Of a stretch of DNA of 32,000 nt, positions 26,770 through 32,000 are shown one piece after another (the first letter of the stretch is position 1; each line of letters opens with the position of its first letter). A model generated the notes under the pieces. That model worked only from the letters and a program-made list of their open reading frames with translations, was not told the DNA's origin and did no database searches. Position numbers and translations under genes: made by a program. The stretch is taken from contig CP126532.1 of assembly GCA_030167145.1 (NCBI GenBank), forward strand, positions 3,420,001 through 3,452,000. Reading direction: 5' to 3'. This DNA comes from Ktedonobacterales bacterium. GTDB lineage: Bacteria > Chloroflexota > Ktedonobacteria > Ktedonobacterales > JADMIN01.

Positions 26770-27606
26770 ATGAGCAGCACTGTCGCCGCACCGCTGGTCG
26801 CGCTATTAACCGACTTCGGCATCGCTGACGGCTATCCCGGTGTACTGAAGGGCGTGATCCTGGGCATTGCGCCCTCCGCCCGGTTAGTGGACCTCACGCA
26901 TGAGATTCCGCCGCAAGATGTTCTCGCCGGCGCGTGGGTGCTGCATACAGCCTGGCGCTCTTTTCCAGAGGATACGATCTTTCTCTGCGTGGTGGATCCC
27001 GGTGTGGGCAGCGCGCGCCGTCCGCTGGCGTTGCGCGCGGGTGGGCGCTGGTTCATTGGGCCGGATAACGGCCTTTTCAGCTATGTGCTTGCCGCTGCGT
27101 CGCCCGGAGCCGCCGTTGCGCTCGATGATCCGCGCTATCATCTTCCCAACCCCAGCGCCACCTTCCATGGGCGCGACATCTTTGCGCCGTGCGCGGCGCA
27201 TCTGGGTGCTGGTGTGCCGCTTGCCGCGCTTGGCTCACCGCTCGATCTGGCGAGCCTCGTCGTGCTGGCGCTGGCGCGTCCCACATGGCATGCGGGCACG
27301 CTCTCGGGGCAGATTGCGCACGTTGACCGCTTCGGCAACCTGCTGACCAACTTCGGCCCCACGCTGACAGACGCTTTGCTGGCTGAACCTGCGCTCGCGT
27401 TGACGCTTGGCGGAGAGGTGATTGCGGCGCGCGCCGCTACATTCGCCGCTGGGCCAGATGACGCGCCATTTCTGCTGCGCGATAGCTCCGGCCATCTGTC
27501 TATCGCGGTGCGCAATGGCTCTGCCGCCGCGCGGCTGGGGGCGGCGCGCGGTGATGTGGTGGTCGTGCACGGGCTGCCAGCGCGCATCGGCGAATTAGCG
27601 CGCTGA
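26770..27606 (+). CDS. SAM hydroxide adenosyltransferase / SAM hydrolase (DUF62; fluorinase-chlorinase superfamily)
   Basis: VALLTDFGIADGYPGVLKGVILGIAP...DLTHEIPPQDV...IFLCVVDPGVGSARRPLAL...WFIGPDNGLFSYV...FHGRDIFAP...GQIAHVDRFGNLLTN is the canonical DUF62 motif set. Confidence 0.88.
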   Translation: MSSTVAAPLVALLTDFGIADGYPGVLKGVILGIAPSARLVDLTHEIPPQDVLAGAWVLHTAWRSFPEDTIFLCVVDPGVGSARRPLALRAGGRWFIGPDNGLFSYVLAAASPGAAVALDDPRYHLPNPSATFHGRDIFAPCAAHLGAGVPLAALGSPLDLASLVVLALARPTWHAGTLSGQIAHVDRFGNLLTNFGPTLTDALLAEPALALTLGGEVIAARAATFAAGPDDAPFLLRDSSGHLSIAVRNGSAAARLGAARGDVVVVHGLPARIGELAR

Positions 27607-27760
27607 ATCCACGCCGTCACACCAGCGCGGGCATGGATGGCAGCCCATCTCTCTGATGTTTGCCGTATTCCCGGATATTTGCTCATACTTCCATATAGGA
27701 AGTTTTGCGCTGGAAACGGAGCGCAATAGGCAGAGCACTTTTTCGGGAGGGCACATTCTC

Positions 27761-28198
27761 ATGGCGCTGGCATTGTTGATTTTGCGGCTTGCGCTTGGCC
27801 TCAGTTTTATCGGACATGGGACACAGAAGCTTTTCGGCTGGTTCGGCGGGGCAGGATTCGCTGTGACGGCGAAGAACTACGAAAACAAGATGGGGATGCG
27901 CCCCGGCTGGCTCTTCGCGCTGCTGGGTGGTGGCGGCGAGGCAGGCGGCGGACTGCTGCTGGCGCTGGGGCTATTCACGCCGCTGGGCGCACTGTTGATC
28001 ATCGCGACGATGGTGGTGGCTATCGTGCAAGTGACGGGCCGCCGGGGGTATTGGGTTGGCAAGGGCGGCTGGGAATACAACGCGCTGATCATCGCCGTGT
28101 GCGTGGCGCTGATGCTCACCGGGCCAGGCGCGTATGCGCTGGATCACGCGCTGGGCCTGAACACGAGTCTGGCAAGCGCGCTACACCTGGCGAGCTAA
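27761..28198 (+). CDS. DoxX family membrane protein
   Basis: MALALLILRLALGLSFIGHGTQKLFGWFGG...GLLLALGLFTPLGALLIIATMVVAI is the DoxX pattern (lRl.lG..f..hG..Kl). GGGAGG lies 10 nt upstream of ATG 27761. Confidence 0.8.
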   Translation: MALALLILRLALGLSFIGHGTQKLFGWFGGAGFAVTAKNYENKMGMRPGWLFALLGGGGEAGGGLLLALGLFTPLGALLIIATMVVAIVQVTGRRGYWVGKGGWEYNALIIAVCVALMLTGPGAYALDHALGLNTSLASALHLAS

Positions 28199-28254
28199 GC
28201 GCACATCCATAGCTGAGCGCACCTAGGGAATGGACATCGCGGGAGCGGAGTGTG

Positions 28255-28665
28255 TCAGTGCGGCTGAGAGGCAATCACGGCAACGACGAGGATGAATGCG
28301 AAGGCATGTACCGCGAACGCGATCCAGACGACGGCGATCAGCAGCCGCTCCAGTCCACGGTCATCGAGGTTCTCCCAGAAGGGCAGCAGCGGTGTGGTCT
28401 CGTGCTCGGAGGCTACCAGCGCGATGGCGATGCGCAGGCGCGCGGGCGTGCTGAGCGCGGCGCGGCGCAGTTCCATGCGCACGGCGTCGCGGCAGTCCAC
28501 ACAGACACGCCACAAGCCGCGCGGTTCGGGACTATCGGCGGGTTCGCGCAGGATGAAGGCGACACCAGGCAGTCGCTGGCGGCAGGTCGCGCAACGGCTA
28601 CCGGGGGCGAATATGCGGCGTCGCGATATGGTGATACCATCCTCAGCCGTGTGCTGATCGGGCAT
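28255..28665 (-). CDS. Hypothetical tail-anchored membrane protein with CxxC...CxxC zinc-ribbon-like N-terminal domain
   Basis: SRCATCRQRL...x...RVCVDCRDAV, then a C-terminal hydrophobic segment LLIAVVWIAFAVHAFAFILVVAVIA. AAGGA lies 9 nt upstream. The start is 20 nt after the LuxR-family gene stop, so co-transcription is likely. Confidence 0.55.
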   Translation of the reverse strand: MPDQHTAEDGITISRRRIFAPGSRCATCRQRLPGVAFILREPADSPEPRGLWRVCVDCRDAVRMELRRAALSTPARLRIAIALVASEHETTPLLPFWENLDDRGLERLLIAVVWIAFAVHAFAFILVVAVIASQPH

Positions 28666-28685
28666 GGTACTCGGTCCTTGCCAAA

Positions 28686-29384
28686 TTATACTAATCCGGC
28701 CTGGCTGGCGACGACGACCGCCTGGAGGCGGGTCTTCACGCCGAGCTTCTCGATGACGTTGGTCACATGATTGCGGGCGGTGAGACGGCTGATGCCGAGC
28801 GTGGTGGCGATGTCGCCAGTGACCATGCCGGAGGCGAGCAGCCGGAGCACTTCGCGTTCGCGTTTCGTCAGGTGCGACACGGGAGAGAACGCGCCGTGCT
28901 GTTCGGCATGGTGGCCTGCATGGTGGTCTGGTCGCACGGTTTGTTCAGGCATCGTGCCTTTCCCATTGGGTGTGTCGTGTGGGCCGGTACCCTGCTCACC
29001 CAGCAGATGCACGAGCCTTGCCTCATCGGAGCCGTTGTGCGCCAGCAGCGTCAACATGCGTACAGGGCACATGACGCCAGCGCGCGTGCGTAGCGATGTC
29101 TCTACGCGCCGCGCGAGGGGCAGGCGTGCGGCGTCCCATGACGCGGCACACGCGCCGTGCGTGCCTACACCACAGCAATTCTTCAGCACCTCCGCGCATG
29201 AGTGCCCAAGCACTTCCTCTGCGGCATAGCCGAGCAGTGTCTCCGCAGCGGCGTTCCAAAACACGATGCGGCGCTGCGCGTCAACGGCGAATGCGCTCGC
29301 GCTTGCCTGCGCCACATCCACCAGTAAGATTGCATCGCTTACGCCATCATCGCCAGCGTCTGAGCCAAATTGCGTCTTGGGCAT
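28686..29384 (-). CDS. PAS-domain LuxR/GerE-family transcriptional regulator
   Basis: N-terminal PAS-like segment (LLVDVAQASASAFAVDAQRRIVFWNAAAETLLGYAAEEVLGHSC). C-terminal GerE HTH (LTKREREVLRLLASGMVTGDIATTLGISRLTARNHVTNVIEKLGVKTRLQAVV). The sensor half is Cys-rich. Confidence 0.8.
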   Translation of the reverse strand: MPKTQFGSDAGDDGVSDAILLVDVAQASASAFAVDAQRRIVFWNAAAETLLGYAAEEVLGHSCAEVLKNCCGVGTHGACAASWDAARLPLARRVETSLRTRAGVMCPVRMLTLLAHNGSDEARLVHLLGEQGTGPHDTPNGKGTMPEQTVRPDHHAGHHAEQHGAFSPVSHLTKREREVLRLLASGMVTGDIATTLGISRLTARNHVTNVIEKLGVKTRLQAVVVASQAGLV

Positions 29385-29671
29385 ATGCTCTCACCCCCAT
29401 GAGACGCATTCCTTTGCGCGATAATAGCCGCCCGTCGCTCTGTGGCGCTCGCCGTTGAGTGCCCCTACGCATATACACACACATAGATAGATACGCACGA
29501 AATGATACGCACAAAATCTCTTTTGCTGCACCATGTGTAGTATAGCGCATATGGCAAGCATGGTATTCATGGATTTCTGACCGGCGGTGGGCGTCCGCCG
29601 GACGCCGCTACGGATGATGGATGGCTGCGATACTAGAGCCGCTATCGCGGGGAATAGAGTGCGGCGCGCAT

Positions 29672-30547
29672 CTACAACGGTTGGATGAGCAGCCGGTCGA
29701 GTTCCAGCCATTCGGCCGTGCTGGCGAGGGCGCCGAAGGAGAGACGCCCGCGCGGGGTGGCGATGGCGTACTGGTTATCAATCCAGGCGACAAAGCCGAG
29801 CGGGCCACCGGGGGGATCAGGCGCCGCAAGTGTCTCAATGCCGTCTATCCAGAAGCGGGCGATGTCGCGCCGCCACTCCAGCGTGTAGTCGTGCCAGGCG
29901 GTGGCATCGAGCGTGAGCATCGCTTCGTTGGCCCCCGTCAGGCGGCGCACCCAGCGCGCCGCCGTCGCCTCACGTCCGCTCACACGCGCCCAGGCAACGC
30001 TCGCCAGCGTCGGTCCGCCGGTGAGCAGGGCGCGCCAGCGGTGCGCATGCACCACCTGCGCCTTCCAGCCGCGTCCCGGCATGCCGGGGATCAACGCCAT
30101 GTTCGAGGGCGGCGACGCGCCAAAGAACCATACGGCGTCGGGCAGGCGTGGGATGCCACCGCCGAGGGTGAGCGGATAATTCCAGAAGCCGAAACCGACC
30201 GTGCCGCACAGATAACGCTGCTGGCCGCGCTCGTCGTGGTCGCCGTCTGGGCCGAGCGCTGGCGGGCAGATGGGATGCGACATGCGGGCGCGCAGCTCCA
30301 TCCGCAGCGGCGGACGCCACGGGAAGCGCGCGAGGCGCAGGCCGGTGTAGTCGTCTATCTGCGCGTCGGCATACCTGCCCGCGACCGCGCTAGGGAGTGC
30401 GAGGCGCAGGGCGGAACCCGCGAGGGCGAGCGTGCCGCCCCCGGTGAGGGTGCGCCGCCAGCGCTGGTCCAGCGGGCCAGTGAAATCGTCGCGTATTTCG
30501 TCTGTCTGCCGCATCGCCGTTTGGCACTCCTTTCGCCGCGCATACAT
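29672..30547 (-). CDS. Hypothetical protein, concanavalin A-like lectin/glucanase (GH16-like jelly-roll) pattern
   Basis: YADAQIDDY...PPLRMELRARMS...GTVGFGFWNYP...WHDYTLEWRRDIARFWIDG...FVAWIDNQY resembles the beta-jelly-roll glucanase/lectin pattern (W..y.ieW..d.i.f.vDG). An alternative start lies at 30514. Confidence 0.45.
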   Translation of the reverse strand: MYARRKECQTAMRQTDEIRDDFTGPLDQRWRRTLTGGGTLALAGSALRLALPSAVAGRYADAQIDDYTGLRLARFPWRPPLRMELRARMSHPICPPALGPDGDHDERGQQRYLCGTVGFGFWNYPLTLGGGIPRLPDAVWFFGASPPSNMALIPGMPGRGWKAQVVHAHRWRALLTGGPTLASVAWARVSGREATAARWVRRLTGANEAMLTLDATAWHDYTLEWRRDIARFWIDGIETLAAPDPPGGPLGFVAWIDNQYAIATPRGRLSFGALASTAEWLELDRLLIQPL

Positions 30548-30635
30548 GTCGTCTTCATCCTACACGGGCGTGGGGCTACGCTGCCAGCCGGTCGCGTTGA
30601 TGTAGGATGTGGGCGACAGCGCGGCGGCATCCCGT

Positions 30636-31859
30636 CTATGGCACAGACAGAACGGGCAGTGTATTGGTGTCAACCGCATACAGTGTTGGGGTGGGATCCC
30701 AATGCGGTGGATCCTTTGCCGACTGCGCTTCGGATTCACGATCCAACCATACTAGCGTATGCCCACTGACCCAGGCCCACAAGTTGCCGTTGATGACGGG
30801 CAGGATCACGATTCGATGTTCCGCGCGGTCATAGACCTCGGTGATATTGCTGGCCTGCCAGGCAAAGATGCGGTCATTCATCGAGGGGAATTCAGGATAG
30901 TTTGGGTAAGGGTTAGGAGTCAGACGCACAGGGTGCGAGATACCCTGTGTGAAGTCGTCTACCATGTAGAGTGCGCCATCCTGAATATATCCCATGCTAA
31001 CGCCTGCAAGCGCGAGCGACTGCGGTCCTTCCGCTTCCTGGAGTGTCTGACCTGTCTGGAGATTCTCGAATGCGAGATACCCACTTGTGCCGCTGGTCTG
31101 CTGTCCCCAGCATACCCACGGCCAGGAGAAGCTCGGACCGGCAGCTTTAGTTGCTAGCGTGGTGATCTTGCCAGTCGTGAGATCAGCCATGCGGACGATC
31201 AGGTTTGTATAGTCGCCGCTGCCAATAGGGCCGATTGCCTGCGCCCATATGACGAGGTTGTGATCCACTTCTGGCCACGGATATGGCCCATCCACTGGCT
31301 GGCCATTTACCCTCGCGGCCTTGGCAAGTTGGGTGACTTGCCGCGTCTGTCGGTTATACGCGAAGAGCACCCAATTGGAAAAGCCAGGTTGGTTATCGGC
31401 TTCGGACCAGACGACCCAGTCGCCATCGCTTGCCGCTTGCAATATCTGGCTCTGCGGCGCGAGCAGCTTATGCATGGTCACAATCTGGCCTGAGGCGATG
31501 TTATAGAGCACCGCATAGGATGGCTGGGTCGTATTGTCCATCAAGTCGCGAGGTGCGATAGCGCCCACCAGCCATTGCCCATCTGAGGTGACGGCCTGAT
31601 CGAAGACAAACACGCGGTCACTACCCATTGCGGTTGGGATTGAATGCACAGGCACATTGCCCCAGGCGCTCCGCATGTCGAGCGCTTTCGGATACACCGC
31701 AGGGCTTCCCGCTGGCGAAGGCGCACGTGTCGCTGTTGCTGAGGGCGCGGATACGCTCGCTTGCGTGCAGGCGGTCGCCAGCACGAGTATGCATGCAAGG
31801 AGCAGAGAGCAGGGCCAAAATGGCCCCGCTCCGAAGCGCTTTCCGCTTCTCATCACCAT
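30636..31859 (-). CDS. Secreted or lipo-protein with repeated W/G-rich beta-strand motifs (possible beta-propeller)
   Basis: MVMRSGKRFGAGPFWPCSLLLACILVLATAC is a signal peptide with a possible lipobox. Recurrent motifs: DGQWLVG, DGDWVVWSE, HNLVIWAQ, WPWVCWGQ, RIFAWQ, HTLVWLD. Candidate starts are ATG 31859 and ATG 31853. The latter overlaps the upstream stop as TGATG. The track start 31940 precedes the signal peptide. Confidence 0.6.
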   Translation of the reverse strand: MVMRSGKRFGAGPFWPCSLLLACILVLATACTQASVSAPSATATRAPSPAGSPAVYPKALDMRSAWGNVPVHSIPTAMGSDRVFVFDQAVTSDGQWLVGAIAPRDLMDNTTQPSYAVLYNIASGQIVTMHKLLAPQSQILQAASDGDWVVWSEADNQPGFSNWVLFAYNRQTRQVTQLAKAARVNGQPVDGPYPWPEVDHNLVIWAQAIGPIGSGDYTNLIVRMADLTTGKITTLATKAAGPSFSWPWVCWGQQTSGTSGYLAFENLQTGQTLQEAEGPQSLALAGVSMGYIQDGALYMVDDFTQGISHPVRLTPNPYPNYPEFPSMNDRIFAWQASNITEVYDRAEHRIVILPVINGNLWAWVSGHTLVWLDRESEAQSAKDPPHWDPTPTLYAVDTNTLPVLSVP

Positions 31860-32000
31860 ACCAACCCCATGTTGTTGGCCAAGGTCGCCATGTCGCTGCT
31901 GGAGATCGTGTAGTACGGAGACGTTACGCTCTGGTACCAACCAACCGACGTGGCGCCATAAACCGAGTCGGCATAAGTGGTGTTGGCCCCAGAGTTGATG
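31853..32000 (-). CDS. 3' end of an upstream gene running off the right edge (product unknown)
   Basis: Open reverse-strand frame from the window edge: ...INSGANTTYADSVYGATSVGWYQSVTSPYYTISSSDMATLANNMGLVW, stop TGA at 31855..31853 overlapping the next gene's start region. Not in the track because it is incomplete. Confidence 0.4.
   Translation of the reverse strand, partial: INSGANTTYADSVYGATSVGWYQSVTSPYYTISSSDMATLANNMGLVW

Noticed and set aside
29608-29838. 76-aa minus-strand ORF ending at the TAG next to the GGCGTCCGCCGGACGCC hairpin
   Set aside because: It overlaps the 3' end of the ConA-like gene in another frame and is Pro/Ser/Arg-rich. It was noted only because the hairpin copy at 19729 also abuts a TAG stop.

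Overview
High-GC bacterial chromosomal window. Gene content, abundant Pro-rich zinc-ribbon membrane proteins and an FMN-riboswitch/ribXY locus suggest Chloroflexota, possibly Ktedonobacteria; this is inference only. I support about 27 protein-coding genes. Housekeeping genes are clpC, rpsA, purS, a CoA-pyrophosphatase-type Nudix hydrolase, a RidA-family protein and a threonine-aldolase-like PLP enzyme. Accessory genes include an MMPL transporter fragment, a ring-cleaving dioxygenase, an APH-fold kinase, a GT-C-like membrane glycosyltransferase, a DUF62 SAM hydrolase, DoxX, a PAS-LuxR regulator, a ConA-like protein and a secreted repeat protein. The clearest non-coding element is an FMN riboswitch (RFN) on the minus strand at 19131..19291. 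It has a terminator and an SD-sequestering helix and sits ahead of a two-gene ABC importer (permease plus NMT1/ThiY-like lipoprotein) with no ATPase gene. The most unusual coding content has two parts. (i) Three paralogous proteins share the architecture N-terminal zinc ribbon, Pro/Tyr/Gly/Gln-rich repeats, one TM helix and a C-terminal jelly-roll (DUF1080/LamG-like) ectodomain. (ii) A visibly lower-GC divergent module holds a group II PLP decarboxylase facing a fused methyltransferase-like/Zn-ribbon/GNAT-like protein that overlaps a polytopic HAMP-domain protein. Several near-consensus sigma70-type promoters, a 20-bp perfect palindrome over one of them, intrinsic-terminator-like hairpins and short dispersed or clustered sequence motifs are also visible. 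No rRNA, tRNA, CRISPR array or mobile element was recognised. Most long ORFs opposite the called genes are high-GC shadow ORFs. All homology statements come from reading motifs by eye; no database search was run.
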